Assembly: GCA_965223665.1 (NCBI GenBank)
Contig: OZ245011.1
Coordinates: forward strand, 1,888,001-1,952,000
Length of the DNA: 64,000 nt
Direction: 5' to 3'
Origin: Nitrospinaceae bacterium
GTDB taxonomy: Bacteria; Nitrospinota; Nitrospinia; Nitrospinales; Nitrospinaceae
The position numbers and the translations under genes are program-made. This document shows positions 27,667 through 36,952 of the stretch, in pieces. The first letter of the stretch is position 1. Every line of letters starts with the position of its first letter. A model generated the notes under the pieces. That model worked only from the letters and a program-made list of their open reading frames with translations, searched no databases and was not told where the DNA came from.

Positions 27667-29214
27667 ATGCAAAGGGCATTTATATTATTCGTGGCTTTGA
27701 TGTTGCCATTCGTTTTTAACTCGCCGGCACTTGCCATCACCGATACATTTTCTAACCCCGACGACAGTTATGGCCGAAGTACCTCCCCCTCCACAAACTT
27801 TGGAACCGAAGCAAGTGTCATTTCCGATGGAGTGGCACAAGATCCATCCAATGGAAATTTTGGAGAAGTGGTTGGAATTTTAAAATGGAATATTTCCAGC
27901 ATACCGGCAACGGCAACTGTGTCCAGTGCTTCCATTACGGTAAATCTCACCAACAACAGTTCCGGGGATTATAATTTTTTAACTCAAACTGGAGCCTGGA
28001 CCGAAGGAAGTGTCGCCTGGAACAACTTTAATTTTGGCGGAACCGTTTTAGGGAGCATTCCCGCGTTTGCTTTCGGAAGCACCACCGTCGTCTTGAATGC
28101 TTCGGGAATTGCCCTGATTCAGGGTTGGGTGGACGGTTCCATTTCTAATGATGGAATTCTTATTCGCACCAGCGGCACCAACAACAGCATTGCCTTTGAC
28201 TCCAAAGACTCCTCTGGTTCACCTGCAACTTTAGAAGTGGTTTACACCAATGACCCCATTGGAGATGGAGACCCACCGGAAATAGATAGTGTGATTGTGG
28301 CCGATGATGCATGCGGCACAGGATGCGACACTTTAACAATATTGGGTTCAAACTTAAGGGATATCAGCAACGTGAACGACATTCCCGATGTCCGGCTGGC
28401 AGGGTCTTCAGCCCTTCCTTTGAATGCAGGGGATCCCGGAACCACCGAAACGGTCATCGTGGATCTTTCAGGAGTCAATCATCCGGGGGACGGCAGTCAC
28501 CGATTAAATTTTTCCAATTTGAGTGGAGACACTTCGATCAGTGTCACCATTGGTGCGCAAGGACCTGCGGGACCGCCAGGACCTCCCGGGGATTCTTTTG
28601 CCGGTCTAAGCTGTACAGCGAACTCCGTCTGTGGTAACGGCGTTGTAGAAGCGGGGGGACCCCTTCTGGGATTTTCCGCTGAGGGGAATCTGATTTGCCA
28701 AAATCAGGAAGAGTGTGATGACGGCAACACTATTAATTTCGACGGATGTGAACCCAACTGCACCTTATGTGGAGCCGATACCTTTGAGCCTAACGACACC
28801 CAGGCGACTGCATTTTTTCTTGGCACCATCACCGATGCAGACGACGATGGAGATTCCATATTAGGAACGCTGAATCCTATAGAAGAGGAAGATTGGTATT
28901 CCGTCGCCATCACCGAGGACAATCCCCTCGCTACCATTGACCCTCGATTATCCTGGTCGGTGGAATTGACTGCGTGTGTTTATTATCAGTGCACCCAGGG
29001 AACCACCGAAGTCACCTGCAATTCGGGAACCGCCGATGTAGCCCCCAACGGCGCTTTGGGTTGCTGCAGCATCAGTGGACCTTCAGGAACTACCCAACAA
29101 ATTCAACCGAACTGCCTGGGCGGAATCGACGATAGCGGCACCGCATACTTCCGAGCACTAAAAACCCCTGTCCAGACCCAGTGTCGGCCCTTCATTTTGG
29201 ATTGGACCCCCTAA
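27667..29214 (+). CDS. Secreted DNRLRE-like domain protein, type D (IPT-like domain + short collagen + Myxococcus Cys-rich repeat + Cys-rich/PPC-like domain); paralog 5
   Basis: Family N-domain; PEIDSV...LTILGSNL; GAQGPAGPPGPPG; CGNGVVE...EECDDGN...DGC; DTFEPND...EEDWY. Confidence 0.88.
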   Translation: MQRAFILFVALMLPFVFNSPALAITDTFSNPDDSYGRSTSPSTNFGTEASVISDGVAQDPSNGNFGEVVGILKWNISSIPATATVSSASITVNLTNNSSGDYNFLTQTGAWTEGSVAWNNFNFGGTVLGSIPAFAFGSTTVVLNASGIALIQGWVDGSISNDGILIRTSGTNNSIAFDSKDSSGSPATLEVVYTNDPIGDGDPPEIDSVIVADDACGTGCDTLTILGSNLRDISNVNDIPDVRLAGSSALPLNAGDPGTTETVIVDLSGVNHPGDGSHRLNFSNLSGDTSISVTIGAQGPAGPPGPPGDSFAGLSCTANSVCGNGVVEAGGPLLGFSAEGNLICQNQEECDDGNTINFDGCEPNCTLCGADTFEPNDTQATAFFLGTITDADDDGDSILGTLNPIEEEDWYSVAITEDNPLATIDPRLSWSVELTACVYYQCTQGTTEVTCNSGTADVAPNGALGCCSISGPSGTTQQIQPNCLGGIDDSGTAYFRALKTPVQTQCRPFILDWTP

Positions 29215-29382
29215 CCTTACTTTTCAACCGTACATTCCCTTCCTATCTCCTTGTAAAACTAAGGATGACAAAAAATACATTTGAGCAATGACAGACTCTT
29301 TATCTCCTTTGGGATATTATTTTTTCGAATTAATACTTGGTTAATTTGGAGAGTTCAAAGATTTCGAATTGAGGGGAACGTT

Positions 29383-31131
29383 ATGGAAAACCAATGGAAT
29401 TCTTTTGTAGAGCTGTTACAGGTGAGAGCACAAGTCCAACCCAATGATCGCGCTTTTACTTTTTTAGATGAAAAAGGAAATGAAGAAGCCATCCTTACCT
29501 TTGAAGAACTCGATCGCCAGGCAAAAGCAGTGGCAGGGTATCTTCAATCGACGACCCAACCCGGGGAACGCGTTTTACTGTTTTTCCCACCGGGTCTGGA
29601 TTTCATCGTAGGATTCTTTGGTTGTTTATACGCTCGCTTAATCGCAATTCCGGTGTTTCCGGGAAAACGAGAACAATCATTAAACAATATTCAAAGAATT
29701 ATTTCAGATGCTCAGGTCTCCGTTTGCCTGACCAACAAATCTTTTTACAAGAAAATTAATCACTTTCATTTTAAAAATACGGACTTGGTAAACCTTCCCT
29801 GGAAGTGCGTGGACGACCTGGCTTTCCAATGTGAATATGATTGGAATCAACCCCTCATTCAAAAAACCGATTTGGCATTTCTTCAATATACTTCAGGATC
29901 TACCGGCAACCCTAAAGGTGTGATGGTGAGCCACCAGAATATTTTGCATAACTCTGAAATGATTCGCGTGGGATTTGGGCACACACAAAAAACTGCATTT
30001 GTAGGATGGCTGCCTTTATTTCATGACATGGGATTGATCGGAAATGTTTTACAACCTTTATATTTGGGAATTCAAAGCGTCATGATGGCCCCATCCACTT
30101 TTGTATCCAACCCTTACCGTTGGCTGCAGGCGATTTCCAAATACAGAGCCACTACCAGTGGCGGACCTAACTTCGCGTTTGATCTTTGTGCGCATACGGT
30201 CACTCCGGAAGAAGTCGCCACTCTGGACCTTAGCAGTTGGGACAATGCTTTTATAGGAGCGGAACCCATTTTCTCCTGCACCATGAAAAATTTTTACAAT
30301 GTTTTTAAATCCTGTGGGTTCAAATGGAATTCTTTTTATCCTTGTTATGGAATGGCCGAGGCCACCTTGTTTATCTCCGGAGCAAACAAAAGCAATCCAC
30401 CAACTTTACTGACCCAAACCACCAGCGAGTGCAATGACAATTCGGACCCATCGGAAATTTCGGAAATTATTGAAACCGAGAAAACCTATATTGGTTGTGG
30501 CCGAAGCTGGCTCGACCAGGAATACTTAATTGTCAATCCGGATACCTCGATTCCCTGTGATGAGAATGAGGAAGGAGAAGTTTGGGTTCGAGGAAACAAT
30601 GTGGCTCAAGGGTATTGGAATCAACCGGAACAAACTAAAAAAACTTTTCACAATTATATCCTGGGCAATGAAGCCGGTCCTTTTTTACGCACAGGAGATT
30701 TAGGATTTATTAATAACGGTGAGCTATTCATCACGGGAAGGTTAAAAGATATTATCATTATCAACGGTCGTAATTACTATCCTCAAGATATAGAAAAAAC
30801 TGTTGAGAAGTGCCATCCCTCGATACGCATCCACAGCACCGCGGCTTTTTCAATTGAACAAAAAGCCAGCGAACGCCTGGCCATTGGATGCGAAGTCAAA
30901 AGAGAATTTGTAAGAAATCATAATCTGGAAGAAATCGTTTCATCCGTGCGCTCTTCCATAATGGAAAACCACGCGCTCGACACCACGGCGGTGGTTCTCC
31001 TGAAACCGGGAAGTATTCCTAAAACTTCCAGCAATAAAATCAGAAGAAGTCTTTGTAAACAGTATTTCAACAATGGTGAATTCAAGAAAGTAGGTCAATG
31101 GGAAGAGCGGGCACAAGCCGTTCCTCTATAA
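29383..31131 (+). CDS. Fatty acyl-AMP ligase (FAAL)
   Basis: LQYTSGSTGNPKGV, WLPLFHDMGLIG, GGPNFAFD, CYGMAEATL, LRTGDLG, GRNYYPQDIE, IPKTSSNKI; no fused ACP. Confidence 0.92.
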   Translation: MENQWNSFVELLQVRAQVQPNDRAFTFLDEKGNEEAILTFEELDRQAKAVAGYLQSTTQPGERVLLFFPPGLDFIVGFFGCLYARLIAIPVFPGKREQSLNNIQRIISDAQVSVCLTNKSFYKKINHFHFKNTDLVNLPWKCVDDLAFQCEYDWNQPLIQKTDLAFLQYTSGSTGNPKGVMVSHQNILHNSEMIRVGFGHTQKTAFVGWLPLFHDMGLIGNVLQPLYLGIQSVMMAPSTFVSNPYRWLQAISKYRATTSGGPNFAFDLCAHTVTPEEVATLDLSSWDNAFIGAEPIFSCTMKNFYNVFKSCGFKWNSFYPCYGMAEATLFISGANKSNPPTLLTQTTSECNDNSDPSEISEIIETEKTYIGCGRSWLDQEYLIVNPDTSIPCDENEEGEVWVRGNNVAQGYWNQPEQTKKTFHNYILGNEAGPFLRTGDLGFINNGELFITGRLKDIIIINGRNYYPQDIEKTVEKCHPSIRIHSTAAFSIEQKASERLAIGCEVKREFVRNHNLEEIVSSVRSSIMENHALDTTAVVLLKPGSIPKTSSNKIRRSLCKQYFNNGEFKKVGQWEERAQAVPL

Positions 31132-31193
31132 GAACGAACATACAAACTCGTTGAAAATTTCGAGTTGACTTAAAAGTGGGGAGAAAACTTTAA

Positions 31194-34154
31194 ATGAAAA
31201 ACAAACAGGATTATCATTCCTATTGCAAACCCAAGCTAGCTGAACTGTTGTCCGCTCTCAAGCTGGACATATGCGCAAAGTCTGCGCAGGGAAATTATAT
31301 TCAGGACGAGTCCAACCATCAATACCTTGACCTGGTTAGTGGATTTGGCTCAGCGATTTTAGGCCACAACCATCCGGACATTGTTAAAACGGCAACGGAT
31401 TCTTTACAAAATAATCTTCCTGTTAATGTTCAGGGAACCGTGCGCAGTTCGTCCGCAAAGCTTGCGAAACGGTTGAATGAATTACTGCCAACCAACAGCG
31501 AAGCGTATTGCGTCAATTTTTCAAACAGTGGAACCGAAAGTATTGAAGCGGCCATCAAGCATGCGTATAAAGTCCACTTTGAAAAAGTCCAACGCAAATA
31601 TGAACATCTAAGTCGCGTACTCAACGATTTCTACTATAAAGTTGAAAACATGCCGAACCGCCCGGAATTACCCGGGAAGAATAAGAGCCTGGTCGACTTT
31701 CGCGATGACCTGGACGAATACAATTTAGAGCAGTTTGAAACGTTTCAAAATAATCCTGTCATGATTGGCTTTAAAGGCGGGTTTCACGGAAAAACAATGT
31801 CCAGCCTGAAAGTGACATTCAACAAATCGTTCCGGGAAATTTTTGAAGGTTTATCATCCATCAAACCGGTTTTTATTGATCCCAAAACTCCGGAACGCAT
31901 TGAGGAAATTCGAGACGAACAAACCTGTCTGTTTCTTTATCCGGAATTGGTCGGAAACAAAATTGAATTGCGCACCACTAAAATCACCAAAGTGATCGGT
32001 CTGATTTTTGAAATCATCATGGGAGAAGGCGGTATCATTCCCTTGAGTGACCGCACTCTCGAATTTTTAGCCAACGAGCATGAGCGCCTTGAAATTCCTT
32101 ATATCATTGATGAAATTCAAACCGGTTGTGGTCGTACGGGAAGGGTCTTTGGTTTTGCAGACACAGCCCTTTCCAAAATTTCACCGGAATACATCACACT
32201 CAGTAAAGCGCTGGGTGGCGGCATTTCTAAAATCGGTGCGACTCTGATCCGTAAAAATATTTATGAGCATGACTTTGGAATTTTACACACTTCCACGTTT
32301 GGCGAAGATGACTTATCCAGTGAAGTGGCCTTAAAGACCCTGAACTTGCTTACAGAAAATAACAACGCCCAGTTAAAAGATGTTAAGGAAAAAGGTCAAA
32401 CTATTATAGATGGACTCAGAGATTTACAAAGTGAGTTCCCGGAAATTATTAAAGATGTACGCGGACGCGGGTTAATGATTGGTTTGGAATTTACCACATT
32501 GGAAGACCGCTCTCCCTTCTTTCGAGCTTCAGGGAAACAAGGCGTGCTTTCACTTTTAATCGCCAGCTACTTATTGCACTACCATCATATTCGAGTGCTG
32601 GCTCCCTTAACCAATATGCTGAAGGGGAATCCCGGTAAAGTTCGTTTATCCATTATCCGCATTCAACCTCCGCTCACGATCACCCATGAGGAAATCCAGA
32701 GATTGATTTCCGGGTTAAGAGAAGTTTGCAACATTATTCAAAATAATAATGAGTATTGTTTGATCGGTCATTTAATCGGCGCATCTTTAAGTTCCGAAGA
32801 ACGTAAAAACTGTGCCTCCTTTGAAGCTTACTGGCCCATCGTCGATCAGCCACGTCCTATGGATGCCCGCGCCGGGTTTGTGGTCAACCCGACCAATTTA
32901 ACCGTCCTCGCTGATTACTACTTCCCATCGTTTAAAGAATATTCCTGGGAAAAGAAAAATTTGCTCTCATGGTGGAATTGCGTCAGTCGATTCCTGGAGC
33001 CGGTCCATATCAGAAATGAGTACATTACTTCTAATGAATTCACCATTCAACTCAGCCTGGTTTTTGTTCCATACCTTCCTGAATATATTAACGCGAACAG
33101 AAAAGACCGTATTTTAGCAAAGGAAATGAGTGATAAGGTTCAGGATGCGGTGACGGTGGCCCGTGAATTGGGGGATGACAATATTCCTGTTTCTATCGTT
33201 GGTCTGGGAGGTTACACCTCCACCATCACTAAAAATGCATTGACGATTAATGATTATGAAATTCCTGTCACTACGGGAAATGCTTATACGACGGGCCTTG
33301 CTATTCAAGGTGTGATTTACGCGGCACAGGAAAAAAACATCGATATGAGTAAGGCGAAATTGGCCGTGGTCGGTGCCGGTGGAAATATTGGTTCCATTTT
33401 AGCTCAAATTTTAATTCCACGTGTGGAACAACTGGTATTAATCGGTAGCCAAAAACCAGGTAGTTTGGAACGTCTGCAAAACACACGTCAGCTATGCCTG
33501 CAGGAATTGTTGAAAAATATCCAGGCTGAAAAGCATTCCGGACAAAGTTTTGAAAATACGCAAATCCGGGGAGTGGGTTACCAGATTTATGAATACCTGG
33601 AACGGAATCATTCCGAAACAACGGAAGCCATCAGAAAAGGATTGGTCAGCGATACAATAACGCCCGATCAAATGGAAGCTTTTGAAAAAGAGTTATTCGA
33701 AGGTCCTTCCGGAATACGAATTGACCTATCGACATCCATTCAAGATTCTTACGATTGCGATATTATTATTTTATCAACCAACTCAGAAAACCCGGATCTC
33801 ATTAAGCCGGAATTCTATAAACACAATGCCATCTTATGTTGTGTTTCCCTACCTTCGAATCTCAGCAAAAACTTTAAGAACAGCAACGGTCAGTTAGCCT
33901 TCGATGGCAGTTTAGCCCGGTTACCGGAAGGATCGGAAATCAACTTCGTCGGGTTGCCCAGGCAAGGCCTGTCCTTCGGCTGTTTATCCGAAACCTTGGT
34001 CCTTGCTTTCGAAGGCCATAATCACTCCTTCAGTAAAGGGGAAATTAAATCTCAACAGGTTTACGAGATTATGGAGAAAGGTCTATTAAACGGCTTCGAT
34101 TTAGGAAGTTTAAAGTTTAACGAAAAAGTATTACTGGAAAGAAGTCCTCATTAA
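31194..34154 (+). CDS. Class III aminotransferase fused to acyl-ACP-reductase-like domain (TamH-like)
   Basis: N-domain: YLDLVSGFG, NSGTESIEAA, FHGKT, DEIQTGCGRTG, LSKALGGG (PLP Lys); C-domain: GLGGYTS, TTGNAYT, VVGAGGNIG, FGCLSETLVLAFEG. Confidence 0.88.
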   Translation: MKNKQDYHSYCKPKLAELLSALKLDICAKSAQGNYIQDESNHQYLDLVSGFGSAILGHNHPDIVKTATDSLQNNLPVNVQGTVRSSSAKLAKRLNELLPTNSEAYCVNFSNSGTESIEAAIKHAYKVHFEKVQRKYEHLSRVLNDFYYKVENMPNRPELPGKNKSLVDFRDDLDEYNLEQFETFQNNPVMIGFKGGFHGKTMSSLKVTFNKSFREIFEGLSSIKPVFIDPKTPERIEEIRDEQTCLFLYPELVGNKIELRTTKITKVIGLIFEIIMGEGGIIPLSDRTLEFLANEHERLEIPYIIDEIQTGCGRTGRVFGFADTALSKISPEYITLSKALGGGISKIGATLIRKNIYEHDFGILHTSTFGEDDLSSEVALKTLNLLTENNNAQLKDVKEKGQTIIDGLRDLQSEFPEIIKDVRGRGLMIGLEFTTLEDRSPFFRASGKQGVLSLLIASYLLHYHHIRVLAPLTNMLKGNPGKVRLSIIRIQPPLTITHEEIQRLISGLREVCNIIQNNNEYCLIGHLIGASLSSEERKNCASFEAYWPIVDQPRPMDARAGFVVNPTNLTVLADYYFPSFKEYSWEKKNLLSWWNCVSRFLEPVHIRNEYITSNEFTIQLSLVFVPYLPEYINANRKDRILAKEMSDKVQDAVTVARELGDDNIPVSIVGLGGYTSTITKNALTINDYEIPVTTGNAYTTGLAIQGVIYAAQEKNIDMSKAKLAVVGAGGNIGSILAQILIPRVEQLVLIGSQKPGSLERLQNTRQLCLQELLKNIQAEKHSGQSFENTQIRGVGYQIYEYLERNHSETTEAIRKGLVSDTITPDQMEAFEKELFEGPSGIRIDLSTSIQDSYDCDIIILSTNSENPDLIKPEFYKHNAILCCVSLPSNLSKNFKNSNGQLAFDGSLARLPEGSEINFVGLPRQGLSFGCLSETLVLAFEGHNHSFSKGEIKSQQVYEIMEKGLLNGFDLGSLKFNEKVLLERSPH

Positions 34155-34176
34155 TCATTTTTACATCGGGAATGTC

Positions 34177-36021
34177 ATGTTTGATTTTAACGCAAAGCGA
34201 AAAGAAACCACATTTAAGGCATACAGTTCCATAACAAGTGTTGCCGATATCATTGAAAATCAGCTGCCCGCTTATGGCAACCGGGATGTACTTCGGTTTG
34301 ACCTGGGCAAACATTATGGAAGCTTGACCTTTGATGTTTATCTAAACTACCTCAAAGCCATGATCCAGTTTTTCACGCGGAATAATATCGAGCAAAAAGT
34401 CATCAGCACGTTTTGTAAGAACCGCATTGAATGGGACATGGTGGGAATGGCCACCTTCTATCGAGCGAACGCTTTATATCCGCTGGACACTAAAACGAAT
34501 CTGGTGGAACTTGAACATTTGCTCAAGCTGAATCCGCCCGATTATATGCTGATCGCGAAAGCTCAATTAACAAAAATGCGCCAATTAAAATCCAAATTGA
34601 ATCTCAAAACAATTTTTATCGTTGCGGATTTAATGGATGTCTTTGAAGATTTGAATTGTGAGGACGTGGATATCGCACCGGATGAAATTAAAGTGTCCAG
34701 CATATTTTCTGAATTCGATATGAACCAACCGGTCCAGAAAAGTGCCCTGCTGGATGATCCTAATACCATTCTGGGTCATTACCCGACTTCCGGGACCACC
34801 AGTCTGCCAAAAATCGTAGCGATCTCTCACGGCAATATTGTTGCTGAAGTTAACGAAGCCGTCGATGTCATCAACTTAAGACACAATGAAGATTTGCTGA
34901 ACATTGGACCTTATACGCATATAGCGACTTTGGTGGAATTCCTGGTAACGAAAACCCGCGGGTTTTGTGTCACCTATTTCACACGCGAGCCGGATGACGA
35001 TGACGTTTTGGAAGATGAAATTAAAAAATTAAAATCTCAGGGCGTTCGCATTAAAGCGTTAATGGCGGTGCCCAAGTTTTGGATTTATTTAATGAAAGAA
35101 GTGCTGGAGGAAATGAAAAACAAACCCGTCCTGCACGAGTTGTACAAACATTTGATCTCCATCGAAAAAAGCGGCAAGCTATACGACATCGGGACCCTGG
35201 ACAAAGCCAAGCTGGCCGCCACTCGCATCCTGTTGCGTAATAAAATGGGCGGCTATTTCAGTTACGGAATTTCTTCTTCCATGAAACTGGATGGAGCGAT
35301 CGTTGAAATTTTTGGGAAACTGGGAATCACGGTCATTGATATTTATGGGGCCACTGAATGCGCGGGTATCATCTCCCGTAACCGCCTGGATGATCTCAAC
35401 CCTGGTTCCTGTGGACGTATCATTAAACCTTTGGAGCACCGGTTGGTGAATCGTAAAATTATTCCCGGCATTCAAAAGCCGGTAGGTCATCTCGAAGTCA
35501 AAGGTCCAACCGTGGCACCTGCTTACCTGGGAGAGTCGAGGGGATTATTATTGAGCGATGACGGATTTTACTCAACTGGAGATTTGTGCTGGGTCGATGA
35601 CCAGGGTTGGCTGCATATCGTGGGTCGTGAAAAAGAACTGACACTTTGGAAGGATGGAACTTATATTGATCCACAATATCTATCCAATCTGATGGTGCGC
35701 AGTATTTATATCAAGGATGCGATGGTAACGCAGGTGAACCCCGAGGATGATTACCTCAGCGTTTTTGTTTTTCCGGATGAAAAACGTTTTCGCAAAGATC
35801 CAAAGATTAAGAAACAAATTGAGACCGGTCTCAACTGGGACACGGCGTTGCGCCACCGAATTGAAGAGGCAATCGATTACACTCAGTCCGTGGCAAAAGT
35901 TACTGCTAGACTGAGCAAGGAGCACATTTTTATTTTGCCTAAAAAATTAGAGCGTACGCCAACGCATAAAATTAAATTTATTTTTGAACGTCAACGTATC
36001 CATTTAGCACGCCCTATTTAA
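34177..36021 (+). CDS. AMP-binding adenylating enzyme (acyl-CoA ligase-like, divergent)
   Basis: TSGTTSLPK, YGATE, FYSTGD, GREKE, LERTPTHKIK. Confidence 0.88.
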   Translation: MFDFNAKRKETTFKAYSSITSVADIIENQLPAYGNRDVLRFDLGKHYGSLTFDVYLNYLKAMIQFFTRNNIEQKVISTFCKNRIEWDMVGMATFYRANALYPLDTKTNLVELEHLLKLNPPDYMLIAKAQLTKMRQLKSKLNLKTIFIVADLMDVFEDLNCEDVDIAPDEIKVSSIFSEFDMNQPVQKSALLDDPNTILGHYPTSGTTSLPKIVAISHGNIVAEVNEAVDVINLRHNEDLLNIGPYTHIATLVEFLVTKTRGFCVTYFTREPDDDDVLEDEIKKLKSQGVRIKALMAVPKFWIYLMKEVLEEMKNKPVLHELYKHLISIEKSGKLYDIGTLDKAKLAATRILLRNKMGGYFSYGISSSMKLDGAIVEIFGKLGITVIDIYGATECAGIISRNRLDDLNPGSCGRIIKPLEHRLVNRKIIPGIQKPVGHLEVKGPTVAPAYLGESRGLLLSDDGFYSTGDLCWVDDQGWLHIVGREKELTLWKDGTYIDPQYLSNLMVRSIYIKDAMVTQVNPEDDYLSVFVFPDEKRFRKDPKIKKQIETGLNWDTALRHRIEEAIDYTQSVAKVTARLSKEHIFILPKKLERTPTHKIKFIFERQRIHLARPI

Positions 36022-36055
36022 GTGCTAATGTAACCTTTTTAATACACACATTATT

Positions 36056-36853
36056 ATGAAAACAAAAATCAGTTATCTATTATCAGGAATGCTTCTTATC
36101 CTTCTATTCAATGGCACCCATGCCGTATCCAAAAACAGTACGGACAAAGGGAACCAAGTGGTTCAGGCTGTGGATAACCACGAAGCAGGTTATATCAATT
36201 TAAAGTCGGATGTCACGATGATCCTTGAGGATAAAAAAGGCAAAACACGCAAACGGTTTTTTAAATACACGATGCTGGAATCTGAACCGCTGGGGGATAA
36301 ACGAAAATTTGTCTTTGAACGCCCGCGTGATATTAAAGGCACTGCGGTTCTGATCCATTCCAAAGTTGTGGAAGATGATGCGCAATGGATTTTTCTGCCT
36401 GCGTTTAAACGAGTCAAACGAATCTCCAGCACCAACAAAAGCACTCCCTTCATGGGAAGCGAGTTCAGTTATGAAGATTTATCTTCCCAGGAGCTGGAGA
36501 AATATGAAAACCACTATGTCCGCCACGATGCCTGTGACGACAAAGAATGCGATGTGATCGAACGCGTCCCAAATTTTCCTCACTCGCTTTACAGCAAGCT
36601 GGTGGTTTATGTGGACAAGAAGGATAACCGCTATCGAAAAATTATTTACTTTGATAAAAAAGGGAAAAAGATTAAAACTCAAACTCTGAGTGATTATAAA
36701 TTGTATTCCGATCGTTACTTGCTACCGAACAAAATGGTAATGGTGAATCATAAGAATGGAAAGAAAACCACCATGCTTTGGGAAGACATCAAGTTAAAGA
36801 CAAACATAGTGAAAAGACATTTTAATGTGTCCGCTTTGAAGCGATCGCATTAA
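36056..36853 (+). CDS. LolA-like outer-membrane lipoprotein-sorting protein
   Basis: Signal peptide; PRDIKGT, DDAQWIFLPAFKRVKRI, FMGSEFSYED. Confidence 0.9.
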   Translation: MKTKISYLLSGMLLILLFNGTHAVSKNSTDKGNQVVQAVDNHEAGYINLKSDVTMILEDKKGKTRKRFFKYTMLESEPLGDKRKFVFERPRDIKGTAVLIHSKVVEDDAQWIFLPAFKRVKRISSTNKSTPFMGSEFSYEDLSSQELEKYENHYVRHDACDDKECDVIERVPNFPHSLYSKLVVYVDKKDNRYRKIIYFDKKGKKIKTQTLSDYKLYSDRYLLPNKMVMVNHKNGKKTTMLWEDIKLKTNIVKRHFNVSALKRSH

Positions 36854-36863
36854 CAAGGAGGCA

Positions 36864-36904
36864 GATGTGCTCCCCCTTTCATGAAGGGGGCTGGGGGGAT
36901 TTTT
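36864..36904 (-). repeat. REP-like repeat, short form
   Basis: Reverse complement AAAATCCCCCCAGCCCCCTTCATGAAAGGGGGAGCACATC. Confidence 0.8.
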
Positions 36905-36952
36905 CCTTAGTTACTTTTAAATTGTTAACATGACTGAACCGCGACTCCAATT

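Noticed and set aside
31194-34154. Tambjamine/prodiginine cluster
   Set aside because: Only FAAL and TamH-like components are present; no proline adenylation, pyrrolyl carrier, PKS or condensing enzyme genes
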